Positions 37,003 to 50,635 are shown, numbered from the whole stretch's first letter. The stretch: DNA of 63,912 nucleotides, filler included, from Octopus bimaculoides (GCF_001194135.2; 8 parts of 8 records of this genome joined end to end with filler, not necessarily neighbours in it); one strand, 5' to 3'. The notes: generated by a model from the sequence alone, not told the origin. Numbers and translations are program-made.

Positions 37003-37049
<47 letters not shown>

Positions 37050-37050
<1 letters not shown>

Positions 37051-37296
37051 CGATGAGCTTCTTTCAGTTTCAGGGTTTTGGTTGGTCTTTTTTGTTGCAA
37101 TCGCTAACTTATGGAGACTCGAACGTATCAGCAATTGACTTCAGCACAGTTTCCATCTGCTACATTTAATCACAAGGCATTGGACGACCCGAGGCTATAG
37201 TAGAAGACACTCTGCCCAATTTGTCATAGAGTGGGATTGAACCTGAAACCATGTGTGTGCAAAGCGAGCTTCTTAACCACATATCCATCATGCCTA
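37050..37296 (-). mobile_element. Family C SINE 5' half, interrupted by a 75-bp insertion
   Basis: gacccgaggctatagtagaagacac..gtgggattgaacctgaaaccatgtg; insert 37072-37146 flanked by cagtttc. Confidence 0.75.
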
Positions 37297-37745
37297 CGTC
37301 TATCTCACAAAACAACAACAACAATACAACAACAATAACAACTGTAAAAGAAACACATAATTAATATAGTAAATTAGATGAAAACATTGTTGATTGATTT
37401 GAGGCAATATATGGAGAATGAATGGAAAGGAAAAAACTAATTCTAGAAAAACGATGCTAACAAACACACACACACACACACACATACACACACACAGACA
37501 GAGAGAGAGAGAGACACACACACACGAACAAACATACACACACTCGCACTTACACACACACGTGCGCACACTCAGATACGCACACGATACTCAAACGCAT
37601 GCACAAAAGGACAGTCACTCACTCACATAGACACACGCATAAATTCTCATAAACACGTGCATAAATACACAGCCGCACACAAATACACACGCATGCATAC
37701 ACACACACACGCACATAGACGCACACACACACACACGCAAACACA

Positions 37746-38120
37746 AACTCATTCAATCACAACCACACACATGCATAAATACATACACACACACACAAGC
37801 GCACACAAACACACTTATTCAATTACAAACACACACATGCATAAATACACACACACATGCACACACACAAGCACACATAAGCACACTCATTCAATCACAA
37901 ACACACACATGCATAAATACACACACACACACACACACACACATACACAAGCACACACAAACACTCATTCAATCACACACACTCATTCAATCACACACAC
38001 ATGCACACATACAAGCAAACACAAACACACTCATTCAATCACAAACACACGCATGCATAAATATACACACACACAAGCGTACACAAACACCGACTCATTC
38101 AATCACATACACACACATAT
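37746..38120. repeat. AC-rich degenerate minisatellite anchored by actcattcaatcac
   Basis: Anchor recurs about 7 times with variable (AC)n and atgcataaata spacers. Confidence 0.8.
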
Positions 38121-38852
38121 ACACCCAGACACAAATAAGTAAAGTTATCACAAGTGAAGCTATCACATTGTAACAATAACGAACGATTTGGCTATAAAAT
38201 GTATTTTACGCGAACGGAAAAGACAAATTATATTTACGTACACAGAGTATTGTAACGTATTCTTTGCAACAGTTTGTTGGAGATGTTAGCGAATGAAATT
38301 GTCTTGAAGTATTTAAACATACAAAATAAATAATAAAAAAGAAAGAGAATGGAAATAAAGAAACCAAACACAATTCTTTTTTATCTTGCATACAAAAGAG
38401 TTATAGTAGAATGCTTAAATTCAAATCTAATTCATCAGTGATCAACTCAGCTTTTGTTAAGCTCTCCTAGTCTGATCACAATAATTCTCCCATTCTCTGG
38501 CTGTCTCTCGCTCTCTGTTTTACATCAAACGTTTTCTAGCGACGAAGAAAATGAGGTGAATGTGTGTCTATCGCAACACTGTCGACAATTATAGATATTT
38601 ACTGAACCTCTTTTCTTATCACCAGAATTTAAAACATTATCAAGGATGAACATTGAAGCTTCTGCATTGACAGATAAGTTCAAACTAAAACTCCAAGGGA
38701 GACCATTTTCTTATTGCTGAGGTGAGAATCAATGGCGTGTTAGAAACCATGAACTAATGCCAGCAGAAAGAGTCGAAAACATTTATTTAATTTATTTGCC
38801 AAATACACCAGTTACATCTTTTGACTTTACTGATATCGTAAAAACTCACGTG

Positions 38853-39236
38853 TGGAGGCGCAATGGACCAGTGGTTAGGGCAGCGGTCTCGCGGTCATAG
38901 GATCGCGGTTTCGATTCCCAGATCGGGCGTTGTGAGGGTTTATTGAGCGAAAACACCTAAAGCTCCACGAGGCTCCGACAGGGGATGGTGGCGAACCCTA
39001 CTGTACTCTTTCACCACAACATTCTCTCACTCTTACTTCCTGTTTCTGCTGTGCCTGTAATCCAAAGGGTCAGCCTTGTCACACTGTGTGACGCTGAATA
39101 TCCCCGAGAACTACGTTAAGGGTACACGTGTCTGGAGTGCTCAGCCACTTGCACGTTAATTTCATGAGCAGGCTGTTCCGTTGATCGGATCAACTGGAAC
39201 CCTCGACATCGTAAGCGACGGAGTGCCAACAACAAC
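38853..39236 (+). mobile_element. Full-length family B SINE with 13-bp TSD
   Basis: A/B boxes, (AAC)n tail, TSD aaaaactcacgtg at 38840-38852 and 39237-39249. Confidence 0.95.
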
Positions 39237-40467
39237 AAAAACTCACGTGCAATCGATCTACTTGTTCGGATGACAGAGGACGTTTGCAGAACAAAAAATA
39301 ACGAATCAGAAATACGAAGAGATGTTTGGAACATTATATGTGGCCGATCGTCACACTAAATCTAACAGTCAATATTTGTGTTATTCTATCAGAAAGTTTT
39401 TGATTTCTTGTTGATTAATTTGTGCGAGACAAGTTCGAATGGATAACAAACTATTTTACTCTAATGTCAAACTGCTCGAAATTACAATTTGATCATTCGA
39501 GATATGATGTTGATAGAGAAGCAAAGTACCTTAGAGCCATTCACGTCATTGCTATGTCCGTATATTTCTCTACGCCACATGACTGAAAGCCACCAGTTAG
39601 CTGTTATTTTTATATTTTCTATCTTTGAACTTTATTGCATAGATTACATCATTCGACTAGATTCTACAGTTTGATTCTATGTATCATCATCGACCAGCGA
39701 ATAAAATATATTTTTATGTAGTAAATATGTAGTTCTTGAATTTATTCTTCATCCCTTCTTGAAGTCTTGTAATAACATACACGCAGCCACATCAACAATA
39801 TGTATTGATTATATTTCCACTACAGGTACATAGATAGATGGATAGTTAGACAGAAATGTTCATAGATAGATAGATAGATATATAGATATATAGATAGGAG
39901 AGGCAGTCTGAGGGAAACAGATACAAAGAGATTTGTTGAATGTTAGACATGAAACTTACAACACAGTCTTTAAGTGTAATTAAGATGGTGGAATTATGAG
40001 ATTTGAAAAATGAGTTGGTGACGATAAATTATAGATAAATTTCAGCCTCCTCTTTACCCATAATTAAAACATATATTCTCATCAACAAAATGTCCCAGGT
40101 AACATAAATCAAGCATACAATATAATTGACATAATCAGACAAAAATTTTAAAAAACTATAAACATTTAGAAAACATATAACGTGGCTGCAAGTAAAGATA
40201 TAGTTATATAATGAAGACACAAGCAGACGATAATGAAGACACAAGCAGACGATAATAATATACCGCCGGCAGCGTTCTAATATAACAGAAATATTAGCAA
40301 ACATAACGACGTGTATTTTCGTTTCATGTAGATATAAAAATAACATTTTTATTGCGCTTCATCCCGAAAAGTCTTAGAGTGCTATTAGAAGACATTACCA
40401 ATGCCGATTATTCGTTGTCGTTTGAACTCATCTGCTAGAAATAGCAACAAAATGTTTCCATAGACAC

Positions 40468-40630
40468 AGGCGTTGTTGCGTGGTAAGATGCATGCTTCGC
40501 AAACACGAGGTTCCAGTTTCTGCCCTACTGCGTGGCACTTGAGCAAGAATCTTCTAGTATAGCGTCGGGTCGACCAAACACTTGCGAGTTGATTTAACAG
40601 ACGGAAACTGGAAGAAGGTTGTCGTGTATA
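40468..40630 (+). mobile_element. Diverged family C SINE, 5' half
   Basis: ggcgttgttgcgtggtaag..gcgtggcacttgagcaag..gggtcgaccaaa..gacggaaactggaagaag. Confidence 0.7.
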
Positions 40631-41609
40631 TATATATATACCTCTATAGAGATTGTGTTAATCTCATGAAGGGATGGTTTCATCCAAGGTAATACTGGAT
40701 CAATACCTAATATGAGGAACGATGATTAATTTGTTGTTAATAATTAACAATCATTAACCTCCCAATCATCATTTCCTTTATGTATATATACACACACATG
40801 TATATAATTACATATATAAGACTATAAATATATTCACACACACACACCAGCTCACACGCGCGCGCACATACACGCATACATGTAAATAAGCTTTCAAAGT
40901 TTTGATGATATTAGCTTATAGCTGTTGAAAGATGAAGCACGCCCATGTGTATATTGTTATTATTTCCAGCTTTCTATTGTTGTTCACCTGTGCCGCATTT
41001 ATATATATATATTAGAAGCGATATCAAAACGTTCGTGGGCTAGTTATGTAGATGGCAGCACAGGGTTTCTATATTGATATATTTTATCAACGGTATATAA
41101 ATATTTCCTGACTGAAGTCACCAAGCCGGAAGACTTCTTACCACACCAGGAAAAATTTCTTTCGGTATTTTGTCTGTCGTTACGTCCTGAGCTAAAATTT
41201 CGGCGACGTCCCACTTGGCGTATTATATATATGTACATAAAAAACATTGGCATCGTTATCAAGAATATTTGACTGATGAAACTACTCCAGCAGTTCGGCT
41301 GCCTCTGCAGACGCTTTTGCAGTCAACCGTTGTCGCTAGTCTCTATTCTCGTTAGAGTCATATGGTAGTGACCTGTCTAGTCTTTGATGTTCTCAGACCA
41401 GTATGTGTTCTGTCTGCCTTTCTACGCACTTGCGCATTAGGGCCCTGAAGAATGCTTTTGGACAGAGAAGTGTGTACATACATACATACATATATATACA
41501 TATCTGGGCACATACATATATAAATATTTTACTGCGTTTTGCTGTTTCTATTTATCTATATATAAACACACACACATATGCATATATATATACATATAAA
41601 TACATGCGA

Positions 41610-41658
<49 letters not shown>

Positions 41659-41721
41659 TCTCACACACACATATATATGGTCTGTAAATAAAATTAGTTA
41701 TAAGTTTTTAGGTGATAATCT

Positions 41722-42053
41722 CTCGCACAACTGCGCCCTACACACAATAATGAAGGGGGTTACAGGTGTGGGAAGTTAGGTGGTCAGATGGCAGGGGTGA
41801 ATTGATCGCAGAAATTGTCTGACAGCCATGACTGGGCTCCTCTGCTTATGTTGCGTGATGTAGAGTCCTGTTACCAGACATACGGTTTTCCAGCAGCCAC
41901 CCTCTTGACCCAGAGCAGCACTACCTTCTCCAGGCACTTGATGCAAGCCTCTGTGTTGGCACTGAGGCCATGTGGGAAAATGAATGGAGGCATAACATCG
42001 TCATGCACGAAATTAAGTCTATAAAATGGTGACAATTTACCCATCAAACCGTA
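41722..42053 (-). mobile_element. Tc1/mariner DD37D transposase catalytic-domain relic, second family
   Basis: DDVMPPFIFPHG..VVLLWVKRVAAGKPYVW*QDS..WLSDNF..*PPNFP. After one frameshift correction, 37 residues separate the D of QDS from the third acidic position (now H). Confidence 0.8.
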
Positions 42054-42518
42054 TGTATGTATATATATATATATATATATATAACTGGTAGTTTATTTAT
42101 GGGATGGAGAAGATATATTGTGGGAATTCTCTTAAGGATAAACATATGTCTGAAAATTTTTTATGTATTTGGATAAATAAATAAAGGATTATTATATCTG
42201 TTTCCATTGTCTACCTTATTACACTTTCTGGGGNNNNNNNNNNNNNNNNNNNNNNNNNNNNNNNNNNNNNNNNNNNNNNNNNNNNNNNNNNNNNNNNNNN
42301 NNNNNNNNNNNNNNNNNNNNNNNNNNNNNNNNNNNNNNNNNNNNNNNNNNNNNNNNNNNNNNNNNNNNNNNNNNNNNNNNNNNNNNNNNNNNNNNNNNNN
42401 NNNNNNNNNNNNNNNNNNNNNNNNNNNNNNNNNNNNNNNNNNNNNNNNNNNNNNNNNNNNNNNNNNNNNNNNNNNNNNNNNNNNNNNNNNNNNNNNNNNN
42501 NNNNNNNNNNNNNNNNNN

Positions 42519-42553
<35 letters not shown>

Positions 42554-42579
42554 GAGAGAGAGAGAGAGAGAGAGTACTT

Positions 42580-42775
42580 GGAATTTACAAAAAGACAAAC
42601 AAAACAAAAGACGAAGACAGGTGTGTAAACAACAAACAGATGCATTAGTTTAACGCTTGGGAAGTAAGAAAGTCTTTTAGGTTTCGAGCCTACGCTCTTC
42701 AACAGAAAGGAACACAGAAATAAACAAAGTGGTGAAAGAAAAAAAGGTTTAGTGGCTAGCGAACAATCATGGCGA
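42580..42775 (-). repeat. Family H copy 2
   Basis: Minus strand cctttctgttgaagagcgtaggctcgaaacctaaaagac. Confidence 0.85.
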
Positions 42776-43425
42776 TATAAATTGATAGATTGATGGATAG
42801 AAAGATGGATAAGTCTTATATCTCCCGATTACTTTACAACAGAGACATAATATACACACTTATTTGTATTCAAAATTCAAAAATATTCAGCATATATTAT
42901 CTCCTGATGAAATAGCTCAAGTCATAATTCACAGTAAAAGAATAATTATATTAATATAAATGGCACAATGTTATTTGTTTTCATTCACACTAAACAACAA
43001 CATTACGCATTTATTTTCCATACATTACATTTATTTGTCTCCATTTCAGAAGGAAAAAAAAATTTGCTTTTACAATTTTATTTATTTAAGTATTTTGTTA
43101 TTTTTTGTTGCTGATGTTGTTGTTTTTCTTCTCCTCCAGCTCTTCCTTTTCCTCCCTCTCCTTTTTCTCTTTCTTCCTCTTCCTTTTCTATCTCTTTTCC
43201 TTGTTGTTGCTGTTGTTTTTGTCGTCGTCGTCGTCCATCTCCTCCTCCCCACCTCCTTTACTCCTTCCTTTACTTTTTCTTCCGCTTTTCTTTACTGTTG
43301 TTATCTTCTCCTCCTCCTTATCGCTTTTGTTATAACTATTATTATCATTATTATTTTCATAAATACAAATGTATAAAGACATACAAACATTAATTTAGCG
43401 CTCTCTCTCTCTCTCTCTCTGTATG

Positions 43426-43463
<38 letters not shown>

Positions 43464-44423
43464 NNNNNNNNNNNNNNNNNNNNNNNNNNNNNNNNNNNNN
43501 NNNNNNNNNNNNNNNNNNNNNNNNNNNNNNNNNNNNNNNNNNNNNNNNNNNNNNNNNNNNNNNNNNNNNNNNNNNNNNNNNNNNNNNNNNNNNNNNNNNN
43601 NNNNNNNNNNNNNNNNNNNNNNNNNNNNNNNNNNNNNNNNNNNNNNNNNNNNNNNNNNNNNNNNNNNNNNNNNNNNNNNNNNNNNNNNNNNNNNNNNNNN
43701 NNNNNNNNNNNNNNNNNNNNNNNNNNNNNNNNNNNNNNNNNNNNNNNNNNNNNNNNNNNNNNNNNNNNNNNNNNNNNNNNNNNNNNNNNNNNNNNNNNNN
43801 NNNNNNNNNNNNNNNNNNNNNNNNNNNNNNNNNNNNNNNNNNNNNNNNNNNNNNNNNNNNNNNNNNNNNNNNNNNNNNNNNNNNNNNNNNNNNNNNNNNN
43901 NNNNNNNNNNNNNNNNNNNNNNNNNNNNNNNNNNNNNNNNNNNNNNNNNNNNNNNNNNNNNNNNNNNNNNNNNNNNNNNNNNNNNNNNNNNNNNNNNNNN
44001 NNNNNNNNNNNNNNNNNNNNNNNNNNNNNNNNNNNNNNNNNNNNNNNNNNNNNNNNNNNNNNNNNNNNNNNNNNNNNNNNNNNNNNNNNNNNNNNNNNNN
44101 NNNNNNNNNNNNNNNNNNNNNNNNNNNNNNNNNNNNNNNNNNNNNNNNNNNNNNNNNNNNNNNNNNNNNNNNNNNNNNNNNNNNNNNNNNNNNNNNNNNN
44201 NNNNNNNNNNNNNNNNNNNNNNNNNNNNNNNNNNNNNNNNNNNNNNNNNNNNNNNNNNNNNNNNNNNNNNNNNNNNNNNNNNNNNNNNNNNNNNNNNNNN
44301 NNNNNNNNNNNNNNNNNNNNNNNNNNNNNNNNNNNNNNNNNNNNNNNNNNNNNNNNNNNNNNNNNNNNNNNNNNNNNNNNNNNNNNNNNNNNNNNNNNNN
44401 NNNNNNNNNNNNNNNNNNNNNNN

Positions 44424-44653
44424 ATTCAGACAAATACATAACAAAAACACCAGGACTTACAAATATATATAACATACAGAAAATTGCACTACTGGGTACT
44501 GCACACATTCTACGCAAAACACTTTCAATACAGTAAACATAAGAGCACCACAGCAAACCACAGCACATACCCAAGGCGCACAGAGCTGCGCTCGGTAGTG
44601 AAGTGAAAGCACGTTATAAAAATAAAACTACTGAATAATAATAATAATAATAA
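44424..44653 (+). mobile_element. R4/Dong-type 3' end: ORF end, 3' UTR and (AAT)n tail
   Basis: SDKYITKTPGLTNIYNIQKIALLGTAHILRKTLSIQ* (stop at 44536), ~100-bp UTR, aataataat tail. Confidence 0.88.
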
Positions 44654-44863
44654 TTTCAAATTTTGGTACAAGGCCAACAATATCATAGGAGGGGTAATTC
44701 GTTTCCATCGACCCTAGTGTTCATCTGGTACTTGTTTTATCGACCCTGATAGGGTGAAAGCAAAGTTGACCTCGGCGTCATTTGAACTCATAACGTAAAG
44801 ACGGACGAAATGCCGCTAAGCATTTTCTCCGACGTGAAATCGATTCTACCTGCCTGCTACCAT
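44654..44863 (-). mobile_element. Family A SINE, tail-to-tail with the R4/Dong 3' end
   Basis: ttatcgaccctgatagggtgaaagcaaagttgacctcggcg..tttgaactca..gaaatgccgctaagcatt. Confidence 0.85.
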
Positions 44864-46174
44864 AGTCTGTCTAAATACTACTACAATTTAAAATTTTATG
44901 TACACCCTGGGTCAGCCAACCTAAGAGTAGATAATTTCAATGATACATAATTATCTTTGTTTTGACGATTCAAATCATCAATAGTGCACAGTAAGATCAA
45001 TGGATGTGATAGTCCGTATATTTTAGAATGATGATATCATACGCTTTATCATTGTCCATATGAGAATCCATCTTCCTATGCAGAGAAATTTCTGACGACG
45101 AATTTTCCGCACAAGCTCTTAGGTAAACTGGGCCAGCGAAAAACTGAATTTTAAAATAATTGTAAAGTGTAGACAGAATGAAACAAGATATCACAAAAGA
45201 AAAATAATNNNNNNNNNNNNNNNNNNNNNNNNNNNNNNNNNNNNNNNNNNNNNNNNNNNNNNNNNNNNNNNNNNNNNNNNNNNNNNNNNNNNNNNNNNNN
45301 NNNNNNNNNNNNNNNNNNNNNNNNNNNNNNNNNNNNNNNNNNNNNNNNNNNNNNNNNNNNNNNNNNNNNNNNNNNNNNNNNNNNNNNNNNNNNNNNNNNN
45401 NNNNNNNNNNNNNNNNNNNNNNNNNNNNNNNNNNNNNNNNNNNNNNNNNNNNNNNNNNNNNNNNNNNNNNNNNNNNNNNNNNNNNNNNNNNNNNNNNNNN
45501 NNNNNNNNNNNNNNNNNNNNNNNNNNNNNNNNNNNNNNNNNNNNNNNNNNNNNNNNNNNNNNNNNNNNNNNNNNNNNNNNNNNNNNNNNNNNNNNNNNNN
45601 NNNNNNNNNNNNNNNNNNNNNNNNNNNNNNNNNNNNNNNNNNNNNNNNNNNNNNNNNNNNNNNNNNNNNNNNNNNNNNNNNNNNNNNNNNNNNNNNNNNN
45701 NNNNNNNNNNNNNNNNNNNNNNNNNNNNNNNNNNNNNNNNNNNNNNNNNNNNNNNNNNNNNNNNNNNNNNNNNNNNNNNNNNNNNNNNNNNNNNNNNNNN
45801 NNNNNNNNNNNNNNNNNNNNNNNNNNNNNNNNNNNNNNNNNNNNNNNNNNNNNNNNNNNNNNNNNNNNNNNNNNNNNNNNNNNNNNNNNNNNNNNNNNNN
45901 NNNNNNNNNNNNNNNNNNNNNNNNNNNNNNNNNNNNNNNNNNNNNNNNNNNNNNNNNNNNNNNNNNNNNNNNNNNNNNNNNNNNNNNNNNNNNNNNNNNN
46001 NNNNNNNNNNNNNNNNNNNNNNNNNNNNNNNNNNNNNNNNNNNNNNNNNNNNNNNNNNATATATTTCAGTACAGATATTGTGTGTGCTTACACATTTAAT
46101 TCTACATTTATGCACACACACACACGCACGCACACACCCACTCGCAAACACACACATACGCAGACACAGTTATG

Positions 46175-46222
<48 letters not shown>

Positions 46223-46808
46223 GAGAGAGAGAGAGAGAGAGATGTGTCGAGAGAGATATACATATATAAGTATATATGTATGTATATGTATGCGTGTGAA
46301 TACGCTGGATGCATGTACATACGCAACATCTCTATTGCAATTTTAAAACATAATCAGACACACACACACACTTACTCACACAAATGTTTGTTCATGTTTT
46401 TATATATATACACATACATAAATATATATAAACATATGCATACGTACACACACATGCACACACACACATATACACACACGCACACAATACAGTAAATATA
46501 TAATACATGGTATATTCATTGAAACTGATATAATTTTTTTCCGGGCGTCTTATCTTCACTGACAGAATATTGAACAAAACGGATTCATTGCCAAGTTATA
46601 AACTTATTGATGGATTAATAAACGGACGCAAAAGGTCGTTATTATTTGAATTCTGATATCCATAAGATGCACAGGACGAACAGATACGATAGACAAAGGA
46701 GTCATACTAACGTCTATGTAATTATCGAAGAAATAAGAAAGTAACTTTTGTTGTATCAGACATAAGCCTCAGTTATTCAGATTTACTATTGTATATCCGC
46801 TGATTATT

Positions 46809-48660
46809 GAGTGCTCGGGTTTTTCTTATTTGGACCAATTCGCTATCCTCTTCTCCATTGGTTTTTTAGTATCAATAGCTAAACTCTCCGAGGATTTGGA
46901 CTATAAGCGTGCATTTCGAGCTTCAGTGGCTCAAGCTACCAGGCGTACTAGCAGGCTGGTGCTAGGAGGAGATCGCGGTTTTCTTTGAGAAACAGGCGAA
47001 ACCCCTCGGGGTCGGCTACCGGCACGTCAATGTCCCAATCACAATAAGTACTTGGATTTTCTTATTAGCAGTGTGTTGTATTCATGGGACCAACTTGCAA
47101 ACCTCATACCTATTGGTCCTAAAATTCATAGCTAAGCACTCTGAAGGGCTGGCCCACAAGTGTGCACTCTGTGCGTCAGTGGACCAAGCCAGCAGTCGCA
47201 CTGACAGGAGTTGCTGATCCTAGGAGACCACTGCTCTCCTCAAAGAGCAGAGGGAACTTCTTGGGACAAGCTGTTGACGCATCAATGCTTCGATCGCCCC
47301 ATGCTTATATAATTGTAAATGCGTGCCATATGACATATGTTGGTAACACTCAAAGATAGGCCTTGGCTATTTTCATTTAATATTATTTGCCCGCTGGTGA
47401 TTGAGCGCTCAGATTTTCTTATTCATGGGACCGATTTGCTAACCTCTTATTCATTGGATTTAATATCCATAGCTAAACTCTTCGAGGAGCTGGACTACAG
47501 GCGTACAATTCAAGCTTCAGTGACCCAATCTAGCAGGCGCACTAGCAGCGGCTGATGGTCCTAGGAGATTGCAGGGGATCTTCACATGGCAGGCTACCGG
47601 CACGTCAATGTCCCGATTGCCCCGAGTGGTCGGATTTTCTTCTTTGCAGTGTGTTGTATTCACGGGGCCAACTTGCAAAGCTCATCCCTTTTGGTCCTTA
47701 AATTCATAGCTAAGCACCCCCAAGGGCTGACCCACAAGCGTGTAGCTTGTGCCTCAGTAGACCAAGCTAGCAGGCGCACTGGCAGGGATTGCTGGTCCAG
47801 GGAGGAGTAGAAGGAACTTCCTCGAGAAATAGGGGAAACTTCTCAGGGCAGGCTACCGGCACGTCAATGTCCCGATCGACCCATGCTTGACAGGAAAAAA
47901 TTACATAATTATAAATACGTGCCATATGACATATTTTAGCAACACTCAGATTGGTTTTGGTTATTTTCATTTGATATTATTTGCCCACTGATTATAGAAT
48001 GCTGGTTTTTCTTATTTGTAATGCATTGATTTCACGGTAACGATTTGCTAAGCTCACACCATTGATCCTAACATCCGTTGTTAAGCATTCCGAAAATTTG
48101 GTCCACATGCGCACAGTTCGAGCTTCAGTGACCCAAGACATTAGGCGCACTGACGGCGGTTGCTGATCCTAGACGGAAATAGCGCTTCTCCTCGAGAGGC
48201 AGGGGAAACCTCTCAGGGTAGACTTGCCGATTCGTTAATAACCCGATCGCCCCGTTCTTGTTAGGCAAGACATAGTAATTGTAAATGCGTGCCATATGAA
48301 TCTACATATTTTAGCAGCGTTCGCGGAAAAGCCTCGCTTATCATGATTTAAAATCGTTTGCTCGCTGGTGATTGGGTGTTCGGATTTTCTTAGTAACAAA
48401 ACGTTGATTTCACGGGACCGATTCGCTATTGTCATACCTAGTAGTCCAAAAATCCATAGCTGAAAGTACATTACTGTAAATGCGTGCCATTTGAACACTC
48501 ACAGATAAGACAGATAATCCGTGATTATTCTGATTTAATATCGTTTATCCGCTGATGTTTGAGTGTTCGTATTCTATAGTTGTCAATGTGTTTTATCCAC
48601 ATGGGACCGATCGACTAACTTCATCGCCAGTGGTCTCCCCAAACCATACCTCAAACTCCT
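46809..48660. repeat. Diverged complex tandem array (~220-375-bp monomers) with a 594-bp dimer period
   Basis: Monomer starts at ~46809, 47046, 47403, 47623, 47997, 48374 and 48561. Shared gggacc.at..gcta, catagctaa, cttcagtg.c.caag and ggctaccggcacgtcaatgtccc blocks. Confidence 0.85.
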
Positions 48661-48949
48661 TAACACCTGCATCAACAGATTTAAAGCTATGGACACAAAT
48701 AAGGATTTATTATTCTGATTAAACATGCTTTATCCTGTAACGATAGAATATTCCTCTAGGTGTTCCATCAGTTGGAGTTAAGTCAATGGAAAGAAAAGAA
48801 ATTCTATTGAGATTTTAAATGCAAGAATATTAATCTTTATCGCCAAGAAGCTGAGTAGTGTCGTCACCACCTGCGACAAAGAAAAGATGTTTAAACCAAT
48901 TTAAACAAGTCAAAGTTTGTATGAGATATTTTCGAGAATGGCAGTAGCC

Positions 48950-49148
48950 GTGGTCGTATGATTTTAGGAGCTAGCGAACTTCTGCTGACCCTTTCGCCAC
49001 AACGTACTCTCACTCTCTCCTCCTGCATCTTGCAGCTCGCCTGAGACGAATCGGCGTCCTGTCCAGGTGGGGAACCTATACACCAATGAAACCGGGAAAC
49101 CGGCCCTTATGAGCCAAGCATGGCTCGAGAAGGAATAAACAACAACAA
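48950..49148 (+). mobile_element. Retroposon 3' end with (AAC)n tail (unassigned SINE/LINE)
   Basis: GC-rich block ending ggctcgagaaggaataaacaacaacaaaa. Confidence 0.5.
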
Positions 49149-49154
49149 AAATAA

Positions 49155-49410
49155 GATACATGGGACGAACAAATATGATAGAGAAAGGAGCCATATTGGC
49201 ATCCATGTAATTATCGATAAAAATAAGCCTCGTTAATCCAGATTTACTAATGCTTATCCGCTGATAAGTGAATGCTCGGATTTCTTTTATTAGCAATACG
49301 TTGCTACCCTCTTCCTCATAGGTTTTTAATATCCGAAGGTAAACTCTCCGAGGAGCTGCGCCACAGGTGTGCAGTTGGCTTCAGTGGCCCAAGCTAGAAG
49401 TCGCACTTGC
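49155..49410 (+). repeat. Detached copy of the array's leader and first monomer
   Basis: ggacgaaca.at..gataga.aaaggag.cata..atgtaattatcga and the following monomer match 46670-46950. Confidence 0.8.
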
Positions 49411-49839
49411 TTCCCCACCCCAATCGCACTTTTGCAGGCTATTCAAAATACATAAGTGAATATATAATATAGGCACAATGGTAGCATTATTGTAAGAAGC
49501 TTGAAGCCCAACTACATGGTTTCGGGTTCAATCCCCCTACATCTCGTTAAGAACAAGTGTCCCCTACTAGAGACCATTTTATAATTTCGTTTTCTCTTCC
49601 CTTCTATTTGTTGTTACAGTCATTGGACTGTGTTGTGGAAGGATTCCGACCACCCCTCAAATGATGAAAGGTGGACTGACTCATTGTTATAAAATAAAGA
49701 ATTGTGAGCGATTGGCAGTTTGGGTTGGTGAGCAGTTGAGAGTCGTGTAATAGTAATAGCAACAGTAGTGCGTCGTGTGAATTCTTTCTTTCCCGCTTCC
49801 TTCGTTAAATTATATAGCCAACACACAAGTACATAAAAA

Positions 49840-50183
49840 ACTGCGGCCATGATGGGGCACTGGCATGATGGATTTTAGTAAAACGAAGCGAACACGGTAC
49901 ATAATTACCTGGTACTTATTATATTAGTCTCTTCTGACGGACCAATAACTTACGCCGACGTAAACATATAAGACACGGTTGAGGACAAACATAGTCCATA
50001 CACATGTAGATACATTTATGTAAATCGCGGGCTTCTTTCAGTTTCCATTTGCCAAGTCCCTTCACAAAACTTTTACCGGCCAGGGTTTACCGTAGAAGTC
50101 ACTTATCCATGTCTTTTAGGATGGAAATGAACCCGGAACCAAGTGGTTGGGAAACAAACTTCTAACCACAGAGCCATGCCTGT
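49840..50183 (-). mobile_element. Diverged family C SINE (a separate head fragment lies at ~49477-49565 +)
   Basis: cgggcttctttcagtttcc..gaacccggaaccaagtggttggga..aaccacagagccatgcctg. Confidence 0.7.
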
Positions 50184-50473
50184 CCCAATATCTTCATTAT
50201 ACATATATATATATGTATGTATGTATGTATATATGTATATGTGTGTGTGGATGTGTGTGTGTTTAATTTCCTTATGAAGCATACGAACCACAGAAGAACG
50301 CTAATCATAATTCCAGCAGAGATTTTCTAAGGAATCTGTAGCGTTAAACAAGATAAGAAATGATCCTGGGAGGGAGAGACGAAACGAAATTCTAGTGGAG
50401 AATACAAAAACCACATTACATCTCTACTCATCGGCCATTACAATATACACTTGATCATTTCCAAGCACACACA

Positions 50474-50519
<46 letters not shown>

Positions 50520-50600
50520 ATCATACTATATACATACAGACACATATGTATATACATATATACACATGTTTGTGTATATGGATATATACATGTGTGTGAG

Positions 50601-50635
<35 letters not shown>

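Noticed and set aside
38853-38930. tRNA gene call for SINE heads
   Set aside because: tRNA-like boxes are fused to SINE bodies with tails and TSDs; these are retroposons, not tRNA genes.
41273-41300. CTGATGA-aact..agtt hairpin
   Set aside because: Followed by cggc rather than GAAA, so the core is incomplete.
46809-48660. CRISPR-like or coding-repeat interpretation of the array
   Set aside because: Eukaryotic context, whole monomers are homologous rather than unique spacers, and no frame stays open across units.
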